From Trichosphaerium sp. ATCC 40318 (lineage: Eukaryota > Protista > Tubulinea): a stretch of DNA of 64,000 nt. Made by a program: the position numbers and the translations under genes. Where the stretch lies: NCBI GenBank assembly GCA_038496445.1, contig JALMLS010000322.1, positions 744,001 to 808,000 on the forward strand, given 5' to 3'. Positions 1 through 13,786 of this stretch are shown here, piece by piece. Each line of letters starts with the position of its first letter. Position 1 is the stretch's first letter. The notes under the pieces are model-generated. The model made no database searches. It was given only the letters and a program-made list of their open reading frames with translations, and was not told where the DNA came from.

Positions 1-858
1 AGCCCTTCGCAAGTACGCACGCACTACCAAAAGGTCAAGTTCAAAGGTATGTTGTCTTACATTGGTTGAAAATGACTAGTCGTTCTCCTCTTACCTTAGT
101 AATAAATTGCAACAGGCGTTATATCATACGGAAGTTCAAACGTCACCAGCCACAATGGAATCAATACTTCAGATGTTTTAACAGAGGTAAATTTCAAAAA
201 AAAGCGGTTATCGGATTCAATTCTAATCACGTGGTTTTAGAATGATTCGATGATGATAGCTCTAGATTGCAGAGGCGAGAAGCTTCCACCATGCAACGGC
301 CCTTTTTCATACAGAGAGATGTACTTAGCTGTACGAGCAGTTTTCCAATGGGGACTGAAACCAGATAAAATATCTTGGTGTCTTGGCACACGTACTCCGA
401 GTGATGTATTGATGGTTCTACAAAGTTTAGAGGTTCGTCATACATGATTAGATTTTAATCAAGCTCATTTGCTAAATTCTTTGTGGTAGAATCTCGCTGT
501 TGCACATGGTTTTACAAACGAAAGAAAACCAAGAAGAGGCCGGCAAAACGGACAAGTTAAGCGATGGCGTGCGTTCAACAGGATAGTTGGAAACCCAGTA
601 GAAGAACACCAACACCAACCACAAACACAAACACAAACTGTGCAGGTATCTCAAGTATCTACGGGTCCTCAACGCATTCCTCGCTACAGCAGAGCAGCGC
701 GAGTACTGCGTGAGCCCGAAGAAAAAAGCACAAACAATTTCCAATGGCAAGGTTTAGGGCTTTACGACGCCTGGGCATCTTCGCCCGATACTCCTTTACC
801 AAGCTTGTTCCCAGAACTCGTTTTGATACAGGAAAAACCTATTGAGATGTACAGATAA
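1..858 (+). CDS. 3' part of an intron-containing hypothetical protein (5' end outside window)
   Basis: GT-AG-bounded exons appear to join ORFs 250-447 and 640-858, with a Q/T-rich low-complexity stretch; stop at 856-858 followed by AATAAA at ~902. No family recognised. Confidence 0.55.
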
Positions 859-3006
859 ACCGTAGAGTAACAAAACGAAAACTATTTCCAGTGTAATTAA
901 AAATAAAGTGTATTATATCAAACATATTGATCAGACCAAGCACTCTTTTTAGACCACGTGACCTCGTAACTTCTATATTCCTTCTACTACAGTTTTGTTT
1001 TTGCAGAGTGGTATGAATGTGCCAGCGCTGGGAGCATTAGGGGAGAAAAACGTGGAACAACATCTGTTTTTAGTTTAAAAAAAGTAAACTTCTTATTACA
1101 ACCCGTGGATGGCACTAACGAATACTGTAACGAAGATAAGTAGCCTAGCAGGTTGTACAGGGTTGGCAGTGATAAACAATAATGGATAGGGTCGCCTGAC
1201 GTAAAACTACTTTCTCTTTAGTAACACCGCCGCTTGAAGCAAAAATGCCTGTGAAGTACTCCACTACGTATCCTTCTTCAATTAATGAGTAGCCGATTTA
1301 ATAGGTCAACGTAGTGCCGTATTATTCTGTAGAAACGCTAGAATGGTGTCTAAAGCGGTGTCAACAGACATACTTTGCAAGGTATATCTCAACTTCGCTA
1401 TTGTTTTTGAACGTTTCCTTTGTAACTGTACCATTCTAGGCCCTTTACAACTCCTCATGAGTTGGTGTCTTCTACTTAGCATAAAAAGATCCGTGTTGGT
1501 CCCGTGATAATTACTACTAAAACGAGCACAGTAAGGAAATTGGTAAAACCAAAGACATCCTGGTTTGTTTTTCGATCAAATTCAGAATTTATTTATTGTA
1601 ACAAAAAAAAACCAAAATTATTCTGGTCGCACAAACAAAGTTTTTTGACTTCGATGTACGTCATAGTAACAAAGTGGAGTGTACACTATTATTTTCCCTT
1701 TAGTTTTATCAAATGAAGGATGGAACTGGCCAAAAGGAGTTTTTGTTTTTCCGGAGACCTTGAAACACCTCTAAAGGGTATCCTAAACGCCTCATTTTAC
1801 AATATTGAATTGTTTTCTTTAGCAGAATTAGCAGAACACATAATTGTTTAAGATCTTTTTACTGATGCCTGGTAATATGTAGTACCAACGTACGTAATGT
1901 ATGAAATCGTTTCCCCAAAAAATAAATAAAGAGTGTACACTCTTTTTCTTAGAGCTCCCTTTCTCGCTCCTATTTTTGACACGTACGTAAAGTAGAAAAA
2001 ATATAAAATAAACCGCGAAAGGTTAAAGGTATGTTTCGAAAGCTAAATCACGTGATATGTATCGAAAAAGATCGCTTGCTTTATTTTTTACTCCTCCGGC
2101 CTTGAGAGTAATTTCGCTCCACAATGAAATTCCGAAACAACCAATAGCGCAGCAAGGGCTACACCAAGGCTGAAAATTGCGTTTAAGTTTTATTCAGTAG
2201 CCTACTTGTTCCCTCACAAGCATTTTTCTAAGTATTCGTTCCCTCTGTTTTTTAAACAAATTGTGATGTCAGAAAATTATATATCACCTTTGTACTTTTC
2301 TACTCTAGCTGGTTGCAAATACTTCACCGGTTGTCCGGCAATAGCCGCTACAACGCTACCTGCGGACTTTTCCTCATGACCCATATGTGAAGAGAAGTCA
2401 AAACGACACTCGAGTAGTATATAGCATTATATATATACTTTTATGGAGAAAAATATTGTATTCAAGTTTGTTTTTCTAAAATATTTAAAATCAAGTTTAA
2501 AAATTGGAGTCTTACAAGTGTCAACCGATTGTAGTCTTTTCGGTCTTTAGCCAAACAAAATTTTAAGACTGTTAACCTAACTCATTTGAAGTTTTATTCG
2601 TTTTGTCAGGACGAAAATAAATATCAAAAAAAATTATCTGCTATACTAAAGTCGTTTTTGCACTAATTTCTATGTCGACTTTCCTTAACCAGGGACAAGA
2701 TCATAAAATTTTGAGTTTTCTTGGCGCCTGCAATCACTTAAAACCTTTTGTTGCGATAAGAATTGGTACGTAATTGGCTGTTTTTCTAGATTTGCCAACC
2801 AAATCGCCCCTAAGAAAACTCATAATTTTATGCTTGTACAAACTTTTCTTTTTAGCTAGCATTTGCTTTGTAGTTATCTGTGGGCGTAAGGCATTCGTTA
2901 CAAAAGTTCTTAGCCCAAATAAAAATGTCCTGGTTTTAGATGAAAATCGACATTACTGTCAAAGGTTTTCTTTGTTTCAAGGTTGCTTTGGAGTTGTAGG
3001 CTAGCA

Positions 3007-6000
3007 ATGGGCATACCGTCGTTCTTTCACAACATCGCTTGTGTATTCCCTGGTATAGGAAAGCTAATAACCCTTGAAGAACCTCCAGAAGAATGTGATC
3101 ATCTCATATTTGATCTTAACGCTATAATGCATCACTTACCAGTTGATACAACGCCTGAGGTAGAATAAAACAAAGAAAACGTTTAAACTTGCTTATTACA
3201 CCTTAAAGTGTGCAAATTTGTACTACGTGGTACTCGATCATATATTGGAACGTTTTCCGCCAAAAAAGAGCGTATTCTTCGCTGTTGATGGTCCAGGCAC
3301 GTAATCGCGGTATCCACGCGTAGATAATACTAAAGGAGCCGTTTTATCAGCTTTTAAAAAACAGTAAACTCATACCACTTTATTTGAGCGTAATTTTACT
3401 GTAACAACTAGTCTAAACACTGCTATAGTACCAAGAGGGAAACTACAGACTGCGATAATCCGGAGAGAAAACGTATGCAGCAAAACAGACATAATTTTTT
3501 TGAACGTAATATTAGGCGACTCGATTACCAAAAGAAACGTCACTTCAAAGAGCTGCTCTTACTACTGGTTCACAGTTTACGATATGGTTAAAAGGAATTA
3601 TAACATCTTATTCTGTTGAAAAAGCAGTACAATTCAAACACGTGAGTTAACACGTGTGACAAAAAGGGTCAATGTTCTTTATTTTTGATTGAGATTTTAG
3701 ATGAAATTTTTTGTTTCCGGAACTGATAGAGAGGGTGAAGGGGAGTATAAGGCTTTTGAATTTTTGAGAGGTATAAATGAACACTTGGGTGATGAAGTAG
3801 ATGGAGAAACAAAAGAAAACCTAACAAATGAGCGTGTTATGGTTGTAGGAAAGCACGTCTATCTTAGTAGTTTTTTTTTGCTAACTAATTCATAGCGATT
3901 CTGATTTAATGTTGTTTGGTATTCAGAGTTCACATAGTGTATCTATTCTTCGTTTATTGGATTTGGATAATGTTGTTTCTTATAAATGCGATGATATTAA
4001 GAAAAAGCTTGCTATTGATTGTAGTAATGATGAAAATATCAAGAAAGCTATTGCAGATTTTACTTTTTTAAGTTTACTCAGTGGTACCGACTACATACCA
4101 AAGTTGAACGGTATGAAGCTCAGTTTTTAGTATATTGACAAACTAATATTGTGTTATAAGGATATAACCTTGTACATAGTTTAGTAGCATATCTTAGGTA
4201 CGAAAGCCAGAAACTGCCTTAAGATGTCATCTCGCTTAACCTTTTTTCTTAACAGGGTTCGATCACTAAAGCCTGACTCTTTCTTACTTTCTGGTGATGA
4301 AGTAGACCTTGATTTTCTTGATAAAGTTCTTAATACTAAAGCTCACTGTACACCATTTATATTTGAGTCTCTTAAGAAACCAAGAAATGTATATCAAATT
4401 CACATTGGAGATCCAATGAGGAATTTAAATGCGCTTTGTGATGTATGCCACTGTTTTAGAGGATTTTTTAGTATTCTACATATTCTTACTCTGTTGTATA
4501 GAAACTAATGAAAACTGGATGTCTTTTTTACGATACTAAACCTGTTGGAAGTGGTATTTCGACTAAGTCAGAATGCAAAATTAGGCTTAACACAGTAAGT
4601 TTTGTTCATTTATTCTCCTTCTCTTCTTTAGCAAACTCTATCTTCATGTACTGACAATACCTTTTTTTATTCAATATTACAGCGTTTATATTTATACAGC
4701 TGCACAACAACTCTCCTTAACTTCACGCGAGGAAACTCATTTTACTGCTTTTTTAACATGTTTGTTTGAAGGGAAAAGTAAGCGTGATTGTTGGTCATGG
4801 TGACGGCGAATCTAACAAAGGTTCTAAGTTAATGGCAGCTTCTAATGCACTTAGTAGAGGTGTACGCTATTTTTATACAATGATAGATAAGATCTATTGT
4901 TACTAAGACCTCTATAATAGTCAGTTCTCTGGAAATGTATTAAACAATCGCCAAAAGTTTCAGAGAGTGATGTAGATAGACTTGAAGAAGCAATAAATAA
5001 AGACATCACGTGCGTACTTGTATAAAACAAGAATACCAAAAAATAAATCACGTGACTAACCCTTTTTTTTTAAAAGGGCTATGGAGCTTTTTGTTTCTGA
5101 CGATGCCGTTGTACAACCGACGGAGGGAAAAAAAGGAAAGAAAAAAGTGGTTGAAAGAATCGAAGATTTAGACTTTGTTATTGGAGAGTACTTGAGAATG
5201 CTTCAATGGAATATTAAATATATTGACATAGACTGTCAAGATTTCAACACGTTTTATACGCCTTTACTGGCGCCCTCAGCAAAGGTACATATTTTGTACA
5301 AAATACGTCAAAAGATTCTTGTTTTTTTGAACAGTATTTTTTGGCCTCGCTAAGAGCACCCACTCTAAATTTAACACTCGCTATTGTATCAAAACAAAGT
5401 CTCCAATAACAGTTTTATTAACATGCACCAATTGAATAAGCTAGTACAGCACTTAAGCTTGTTTTTAGGATTTGTTTGAGTATGCTAAACGAGGAAACAG
5501 AAAAACACTTTGGTTATCTGCACAAATTTCAGTGCACGACCCAGTACCACTATCGCCAATGATGTATTGGTTATCTGTAGCACCTTATATAAGAGGAATA
5601 TTAGACTTAGCAACCATACAAGCACGTGATAGTCATAAAAAAAACTTCAAAAAACTTTCATAGAATTTTCTTACTTTTCTTTCTTTTTTTTATTTCTTCT
5701 TCAGCTCTTAATAACTTTCTTCGTCTTTTAGACATACCAAAGATTACTTATAAATAATAACGTTATTTCAATATACTACAACTTCCAAAACAGACTCATA
5801 CACTTCAGACCAGCAGAAGGAAGATACAAATGCATATCAAACATAGAATCTTTTGAGAAACATCTCCAATTATCCTCATCTCAAGATACACTTAAGAAGA
5901 TTAATACCTCCTTAAACTGTTACCCTTCTTTTAAAATATGGTGGACAGAACATATAAAAGACATGAAAAGTGATAACTTGAAACAACTTTATAAACACCT

Positions 6001-6175
6001 CGGATTAAAGAAAAAAAAATATAATGATGGTAAGAGCGGAGTTGTTTGCTTTGGTGAAGAGAGACCAAAACCAAAATGTACAATACGTCGTTTTAACTCA
6101 AGCCCTATAAAACCTACTATTTTTTCACGTCATTATACTATACTAGCAAGGCGTTTTGGGTTGTTTTTGAGATGA
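3007..6175 (+). CDS. XRN-family 5'-3' exoribonuclease-like protein (multi-exon) with a dsRBD-like insert
   Basis: Spliced motifs MGIPSFF, DHLIFDLNA, FAVDGPVPRGK, EGEGEYK, GNDSDL, SGTDYIPK and YLRMLQWNIKY match the XRN catalytic N-terminal domain. Includes three GC-AG introns. Confidence 0.85.
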
Positions 6176-6563
6176 CAATATTGTGTGGAAAAAAAAAACT
6201 AAACAAAAACAATAAAAGTCTATTGGCATGAAAGTCGATATATCGGTTGGCTTTATTTTGCTAGGTTTACTCGTTCCCTTTTTCCATTCTGTAGCGTAGA
6301 GAAGAACCTGTCACAAAGAAGCCGTAGGAGACAACTAGTCAACATTTTTCTTAAGGTAGTAGCACCTTCTAGTAATTTTGTACGAGTGGCATTGACGTCA
6401 CTGTTGTACACTCGCAGTAGTAGTACAATGGTGTCAAAACCAACATAGAAGAGCCGAAACTGAAGGTTCTGTGAGTTGTCAACAAATAATTTTATTTATA
6501 AACAGTTAACAGGTTCAACAGTTAACAACACCAGTCACTTCACAACATTGAACATTACCCAGC

Positions 6564-7541
6564 TTACTTTCTTAAAAATTGAAATCTTCCACGCATGCTC
6601 TTCTTGTATTCTCCTTTTTTATAAATGCAATGCCTGACAAGCTTGCTATCATTATTCCATTGCTTAAAAACGCCATGTTTAGAACCATCTTGGTAATAAC
6701 AATGAATATAGCCTCCATGAGGAGTCCATTCTTCATATTTTCCGTTTAGTTTACCATCACTGTAAAAACAATCTAATCTCTTCTTTCCGCTATGAAACCA
6801 TTCTTCGTACTGACCATCAAGGATATCATCAGTATAGTTGTGTTTATAGTATACCTGTTTGGCATCATGATTGAACCACTTTATCTCTAAACCAGTCTTC
6901 TTTCCATTCTTGTATTGACATTTATAATTCAATTCTCCTTTTCTTGTCCAACACTGAATGGTACCATCAAGCTTATCGTTTTTATAATGACAACATCTCT
7001 TCTTTCTCCCATTTGAGAACCAATGAGTATATTTACCATTACGTTGTCCATTATCATAGAAACATACAACACGTTTATTACCATTAGAATAGAATGCAGT
7101 AAACTCATTTTGAAGAAGATCATTTTTATAAAAACAAACAGTATTCAACTGACCATCATTGTACCACTCTTTAAACTCTCCTTCGCGTTTACCTTTATCA
7201 TAAAAAGATTGCATGTATATCTGTCCATTTAATAACCACTTCTTGTAGTCTCCATCTATCTTACCTTTGAAATAATTCGTATCTAAAGACATCTTTCCAT
7301 CTTCATACCATTTTTGACATGAACCATGTTTTTCTCCGTTTTTCCAATACTGCACGTGACGACCTTTTTTTATTTTTATCCAAATACCGTTCTTTTTCAA
7401 CTCATCGTCGAATCTAGTTATTGACGCTGCGTACAAACAGAATATAGGCCACTTTTCGTACATTTCACGTGAGAGGTCAATTATATCTAGTTGAATCTCA
7501 ACCGGGAGGTCTAGGAGCGTTAAACGCTCAGTGGTAGTCAT
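6564..7541 (-). CDS. F-box-like N-terminus + MORN_2/YwqK-type beta-hairpin repeat protein (intronless)
   Basis: 325-aa ORF; LLDLPVEIQLDII F-box-like start, followed by ~24-aa repeats of the type Y.NGK..G.Y..W..NG. Confidence 0.85.
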   Translation of the reverse strand: MTTTERLTLLDLPVEIQLDIIDLSREMYEKWPIFCLYAASITRFDDELKKNGIWIKIKKGRHVQYWKNGEKHGSCQKWYEDGKMSLDTNYFKGKIDGDYKKWLLNGQIYMQSFYDKGKREGEFKEWYNDGQLNTVCFYKNDLLQNEFTAFYSNGNKRVVCFYDNGQRNGKYTHWFSNGRKKRCCHYKNDKLDGTIQCWTRKGELNYKCQYKNGKKTGLEIKWFNHDAKQVYYKHNYTDDILDGQYEEWFHSGKKRLDCFYSDGKLNGKYEEWTPHGGYIHCYYQDGSKHGVFKQWNNDSKLVRHCIYKKGEYKKSMRGRFQFLRK

Positions 7542-8016
7542 CTTCGGCTAAAAAACACTTAAATATAGCACGTGAGCTAGTCGGAGCTTGTATGTAGAAA
7601 TACAACCTTATTATCTGCGTTTCCAAGGCAACACATTCTTTTCAACGCTTAGCAAACAATACCTTAAACACAGTGCTTTCGGGAGATGAAAATACTTTTA
7701 GGCAGACGAAGTCAAAGGCAATATGCCACAAACGCGATGTTAACAATATGCTAGGGCTACAAAGCGCACAAATACTTGTGGCGCAGTATATGACTACAAT
7801 GTTTGCGTTTTTGTGGTACTGTTTTTACATGTGAGGTTTCGTGTGCAAGTGCGTTCCCGCGTTATTCCTTAATCCCTTTCTCCAGAGCTAGTAGAAATGA
7901 AATGCTTGCGATACTCCATGAGTTTATTTGCTACTGATAATGACAAAAAAACATGTCAAACCATCATTGACTTTTGCTCTGAATCTTCGTTTGATTTTTA
8001 CAAAATAAACTTAACA

Positions 8017-9113
8017 ATGAACGCACCTTTGGCGCTTTTAATTGCTTATCTTGCTCTCGCCTATGGACAGAGCGTTTGCGGTAAAACCAACTACAATATT
8101 TCATCAACGCTTCCTAACGTACTAATAATCGGTAAACCCACGTGATTTTAAAGTATTTCAGTCTAATTTCTATCAAAAGGGGGATTCAATATCTTTGAAC
8201 GATGTAAAAGCACTTTGTTGTGGATACACAGAGTTTCTACGAACTAAACTAGGCACGCCTTTCAAACTCTTTACCCTTTTCAAAATCGCTGTTTTGTGCG
8301 GATTAAATAGTGTCCACGCCGTCCCTGAAAATACAACACAATGTCAAAAGTCCTGTAAAAAGGCCGTCATTCATTTTCCACGTGACTTTATTTCCTAATC
8401 CGATTTTAGCCGGTAAAGCAAACATTCAACACATACCAGTCAACGGTGATAACACTATTCGGGGCACTACATGTCTCAAATCATGGCTTGGTGACGTTAA
8501 ATGGGATGTGATTACGTTCAACTTTGGTCTACACGATGTCGCACATGACAAAGAGCGTGTTGAATTGCCTGCATACATTGCCAATCTAAAAACAATTTCT
8601 TCTGGAATTATATCTCACCTGGGCGGTACTGAGAAAGCCATATGGGTTGATACTACGCCTGTACCTAATGTAACAGCATTAAATCCTGTGAGGTACGTTA
8701 AAGTTTTTTAATTGCGCTCAAGCCACCATTCAACGAAGCATAAACCAACTTGATTTTTATCAAGTCAACTTTTTGAATTAATGTCAACGCATGTACCGCA
8801 GTCACGTGTTAACTGATGAATATTTTAGGTTTGAAAAAGAGGTGATAGAGTATAACACAGCAGCAAACTCGCTTATGAAATCGCTCCAGGTACCCACCAA
8901 GAGATTTCTGAGGTTATGTTTAACTTACTGATTTTTAAATAGATTTTACTAGCTGACGCTTTTGATGCTATTATTGGTGTTTGTGGGAGTGGGTATTACT
9001 ACACAGAATGTGATGGTATTCAACTACATAATAATGTTCATTTCGAAAAGATGGGATACGAGGTGCTAGCTGGTGTTGTGGCTGAGGCAATAACCTCAAA
9101 ACTTGATGTTTAG
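8017..9113 (+). CDS. Secreted SGNH/GDSL-type hydrolase, copy 1
   Basis: Signal peptide MNAPLALLIAYLALAYG. Spliced block I VLIIGDSIS, block III TFNFGLHD and C-terminal NNVHF...GY; four introns, one of them GC-AG (8253-8409). Confidence 0.85.
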
Positions 9114-9679
9114 TTACTAACTAAAAACAATAAAGTTCTTCTAACGTCCTACTTTATATCCAGCAGACAAAGTCTCCAAAATACACTGTTTTATTAGCGC
9201 CTACACCCCCCGCTACGCTCCGCCTGAGACCTCTTTATTTGCTCCTTTGAGCCTTTTTTTTCCTTTTGGCGGCTCTGGTACGCTGACATTTGCGTGTGCA
9301 TTACATAGCCAATCACTTCCCAGTTCAATCTGTCTTCTATCACTGTCCAGTTTTCAGTTTACAAAGAATTAAAGGGAGCTCCAATTAAGCAGTTACTAAG
9401 CCTATTGATAGGACCCTATGGCTTCTCGTTTAGTTCTGTTATAACAGCTTTGTTCAGTTCGGATTCAGCTTGTGCTGATGAATGTGAAGATTAGTGTTAA
9501 AGTACCCAAAGGTGTCTTGCATAAACAACGTCAATAAGTACCAATGTTAAACATACACCATCGCTTTAGTGAGCTTAATATTTGAAAAAAGCAAATCTTA
9601 TCATGTTTTTTTGCTTTATGACAAGTGATTGAAACGTTATATGCTAATCTAAATCAATCAAAGTATGTCATTTAATCAC

Positions 9680-10420
9680 AATGGTTGTTCATGCTGAATT
9701 GTCATTAAAAACTACACAAATTATCACAACACAGCGTTCAATCAGGTAATATCAATCTAATCGATTAAGTGATGTTATGGTTGTTTTAAGCTCTTTTCAC
9801 CATTCAAACAGGTAATAAACAACAATCACAACTTCTTGTATCACAATATAATGTACATATACATCATACAATGTACTCAAGCTCGTATCTAATCTGTATA
9901 TGCACTTTATGTACGTCAACTGTGGCACTACGACAGCCTTTTTTGTTCCACTTGTTTTACACAATAATTTCAAGTTATCAATCTCATCATATTGTAGTAT
10001 TATCAATAGCTACCTGCGAGATTGTTTTCAAAGATCCGACTTTAAGAAACAAGAATAGTTGCACACTTACAGGAGGCACCAAATATGCTTTTAAACAGTG
10101 TTATGATAATATATACGGTAGGCAACCCATGACTTGTTAATTGGTTCCCTTGTTTTTTGTTGCTTACACAATTGCTATAGCTGACTGCATTGTATGTAGT
10201 ACTACCAATGGCGAAGTATTGCTAATTTACAGAACAGATACAAGAGGTAAACATCAACTGGTATACGATACATCAGCATTCTAATTGATTTTTTTGTTTT
10301 CTTTTAGAAGGCTATCTCACATTGGATACTATGCCGTATGTATTGCTTGGTTATGAACCTGATGCTAATCACGATAATATAAGACGAGGTCATATCCCTG
10401 GATATCCAGGAATATTTCTT
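9680..10420 (+). CDS. Orphan multi-exon gene or gene fragment, copy A (direct paralog at ~15.9-16.7 kb)
   Basis: Exons read ATCEIVFKDPTLRNKNSCTLTGGTKYAFKQCYD / DCIVCSTTNGEVLLIYRTDTR / EGYLTLDTMP, with splice sites conserved in the second copy. Gene ends are uncertain. Confidence 0.45.
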
Positions 10421-10854
10421 TACTTTTATGAACGTGAAGTTTATAAATTTTCTGAAAATATTTTCGACAATAAATACATGCTTCGGCTTATAAAATAAAC
10501 CAGACGTGAGTGCTTCATTATTACATCAAGTTACACAATACACGGAGAATATTATACCTATACTTTATCCATAGCTATTTCCCGTACCATTAACGTTTGC
10601 AAAATCAGTAGCATACTCAAATTATCAGATAGATGTCTAAAATGTGTAAATATTCTAGATACATTTTTAGTCAAACTCAGTTCATACCCGTCCATTGAGG
10701 GCTTCAATATTGAATAGCTCTATCCTTCATGTAACTCAACATCTCTTGTACACTGAAAAACATATAATGATAAATACAAGTGACTGTGCGCCCAGAAAAA
10801 CGTATTGAGAACAAGCATAATTCATAACACTTTATAAGAACAAGTTACAGATTG

Positions 10855-11713
10855 TCAATTGTGTACTACTTCATTTGTCTCTATCCCATTTGAGAAAACA
10901 GAAGAGAACACTAATACACCACTTTCAGACCATTGTCTAAACTCTCCTTCTTTAATACCTTCTTTATAGTGAACCACATCTTCTATTTGTCCTGTTTCAT
11001 AAAACCCTTTGGCTTTTCCTTCCTGTTTACCATTTTTATAATAAGATTTATACTTCACATTACCACTCTTATACCATTCTGTATTAACTCCACTTCGTGC
11101 TCCTTTAATAAAAGAACACCTTAATTTTAACTCACCTGTATCATAATAGCATTCATAGTAACCATGGCGAACATCATTATCATAATGAGACTTTATTTCT
11201 AAAGTACCATTCTCATAAAACTGTTTGTACTCACCAACATACAAGTTATTCTTACAGTGTCCACTGAGACGTATATTACCATTCTCATACCAATCAATAT
11301 AGTGTCCTTCTGCTTTACCATCCTTGTAATAATACTTGACCTTCATATTACCATTCTTATACCACTCTATGTTATCTCCATGAGGCATACGATGTTTAAC
11401 CCAAACATCTTGAGAAATCTGTCCGTTTTTATACCAGGAGCGCCATTGACCATGTGGAATCAGGTGTTTATCAAAGTGTGTTGCCAACGCTGTCCGTTTA
11501 CAGAGCGTATGCCATATTGTAAACGAATAAAACGTGTACTTGCTTATTTCTTTTTGAATCTCTGATGGGAGGTCTAACCAGCTCCAATTATACGCTGTAT
11601 ACAACAAAAGAGTTAGTGCCTCGTAGTAATTCCTCTAATTTAATGGTACAAGCCTTAAATAGGTTCTAGTGAATACCATACGTACTTTTAGAATCTTTTC
11701 TTTGCTTCTTCAT
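10855..11713 (-). CDS. F-box-like + MORN_2/YwqK repeat protein (one 5' intron)
   Basis: ATG at 11713 (MKKQRKDSK) splices through a phase-1 GT-AG intron into TYNWSWLDLPSEIQKEISKY; ~8 MORN-type repeats follow to the stop at 10855. Confidence 0.85.
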
Positions 11714-12322
11714 CCGTTTAAGCGACCACAAAAGATTAAACTGACAAAGCTTGACTAACTAGCTTTTTTTGTTGTTCCGTGAATCAACGCTGAATAAGCT
11801 TGTAACGCTGTTTAAGAACTTAGACAAAGCGTTTTGTCTTCCTTTGATTGTTGTGCATTCTAGAGCGTGTTTAGTTATGTTTGATGAAGCTGTGTGCAAC
11901 TTGCTGATAAAGACGTTACGTATCATCTTTATTGCTGACAATTTTTTATCTTTTGCTTGGCGGCTGGTTCTTAGGATGCTTGTCTTTTTAACATTATCAG
12001 TATGCTGTGGTGGAGTAAGAGAGGTGTTCAAAATAAATAACCTGACTGAACGCAAAAACATGAGTACAATTCCTCGAAGTATGTTAACACTAGTCTTCAC
12101 GTTCATCAGCACAAGTACTAAATCCGAACTGAACAAAGCTGTTATGACAGAACTAAACAAACACAGGAAGCCATAGGGTGTTCCTATTAATAGGCTTAAT
12201 AACTGCCTAATTGGAGCTCTAGGGAAAATTACTTCACTTTCCAATTTAATTTTTGGTAAACGGAAAACTCTGCTGGATATAAAGTAGGACGTTAGAAGAA
12301 CTTTATTGTTTTTAGTTAGTAA

Positions 12323-13435
12323 CTAAACATCAAGTTTTGAGGTTATTGCTTTGGATACAACACCAGCTAATACTTCGTATCCCATCTTTTCGAAATGAAC
12401 ATTATTATGTAGTTGAATACCATCACATTCTGTGTAGTAATACCCGCTCCCACAAACACCAATAATAGCATCAAAAGCGTCAGCTAGTAAAATCTATTTA
12501 AAAATCATTAAGTTAGTAACATAACCTCAGAAATCTCTTGGTGGGTACCTGGAGCGATTTCATAAGCGAGTTTGCTGCTGTGTTATACTCTATCACCTCT
12601 TTTTCAAACCTAAAATATTCATCAGTTAACACGTGACTGCGGTACATGCGTTCACATTAATTCAAAAAGTTGACTTGATAACAATCAAGTTGGTCAATGC
12701 TTCGTTGGGGGGCACTTGAGCCAATTAAAAAAATTTTAATGTACCTCATAGGACTTAATGCTGTTACATTAGGTACAGGCGTAGTATCAACCCATATGGC
12801 TTTCTCAGCACCGCCCAGGTGAGATATAATTCCAGAAGAAATTGTTTTAAGATTGGCAATGTATGCAGGCAATTCAACACGCTCTTTGTCATGTGCGACA
12901 TCATGTAGACCAAAGTTGAACGTAATTACATCCCATTTAACGTCACTAAGCCATGATTTGAGACATGTAGTGCCCCGAATAGTGTTATCACCGTTGACTG
13001 GTATGTGTTGAATGTTTGCTTTACCGGCTAAACTCGGATTAGGAAACTTGAAAATGAAAGTTACGTGGAAAAAGATTCAGCCTTTTTTACACGACTTTTA
13101 CCCGATGCGGTTATGTCGCACTGTAAGTGACGTGCGTGGACGTTATTTAATCCGCACAAAATAGCGATTTTGAAAAGGGTAAAGAGTTTGAAAGGCGTGC
13201 CTAGTTTAGTTCGTAGAAACTCTGTGTACCCACAACAAGTTGTCTTTCCGGTGTTCAAAGATATTGAATCCCCTTTTGATAGAAATTAGATTGAAATACT
13301 TTAAAATCACGTGGGTTTACCGATTATTAGTACGTTAGGAAGCGTTGATGAAATATTGTAGCTGGTTTTACCACAAACGCTCTGTCCATAGGCGAGAGCA
13401 AGATAAGCAATTAAAAGTGCCAAAGGTGCGTTCAT
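12323..13435 (-). CDS. Secreted SGNH/GDSL-type hydrolase, copy 2 (inverted duplicate)
   Basis: Near-identical exon/intron structure to 8017-9113; the reading frame appears intact, with a few substitutions (e.g. NTGKTTCC vs NDVKALCC). Confidence 0.8.
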
Positions 13436-13627
13436 TGTTAAGTTTATTTTGTAAAAATCAAACGAAGATTCATAGTAAAGTCAATGATGGTTTGACATGT
13501 TTGTCATCAGTAGCAAATAAAGGCATGGATGTCGCATATTATAAACCACGCCAAAAGAGTATTAACACGCCCACTGCCGGAGTGCGACGGAACCTTACAC
13601 AACAAGGAGTATCCCAAGAATTTCATT

Positions 13628-13786
13628 TGACTCCTCATGGAGGCTATATTCATTGTTATTACAAGGATGATTCTAGGTGTTTTTAAGCAATGGAATAATG
13701 ATAGCAAGCTTGTCAGGTATTGCATGTATAAAAAAGGAGAATACAAGAAGAGCATGCGTGGACGATTTCAATTTTTAAGAAAGTAA
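13628..13786 (+). pseudogene. Truncated, frameshifted copy of the 3' end of the 6564-7541 F-box/MORN gene
   Basis: TPHGGYIHCYY...KKSMRGRFQFLRK* sequence with a small deletion after 'tcta' that shifts the frame; no 5' part present. Confidence 0.85.

Larger units (their letters stand above)
6433..9500. repeat. Left arm of a large imperfect inverted duplication (partner ~12085-13925)
   Basis: 6433-6728 is the reverse complement of ~13628-13923; 7926-9165 of ~12270-13520; 9377-9500 of ~12085-12220. Confidence 0.9.

Noticed and set aside
960-1480. Exon-like minus-strand fragments (e.g. IGYSLIEEGYVVEYFTGIF)
   Set aside because: Interrupted by stops in every frame tried and no family recognised; too weak to annotate.
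6564-11713. Bacterial YwqJK toxin-antitoxin system or prokaryotic contamination
   Set aside because: No cognate toxin is present; the paralogs carry spliceosomal introns and F-box-like N-termini and sit among eukaryotic genes.
11759-12244. Two overlapping opposite-strand ORFs (161 aa and 135 aa)
   Set aside because: No recognisable motifs, non-ATG starts, and the homologous segment in the other repeat arm (9377-9500) has indels; not supportable as genes.
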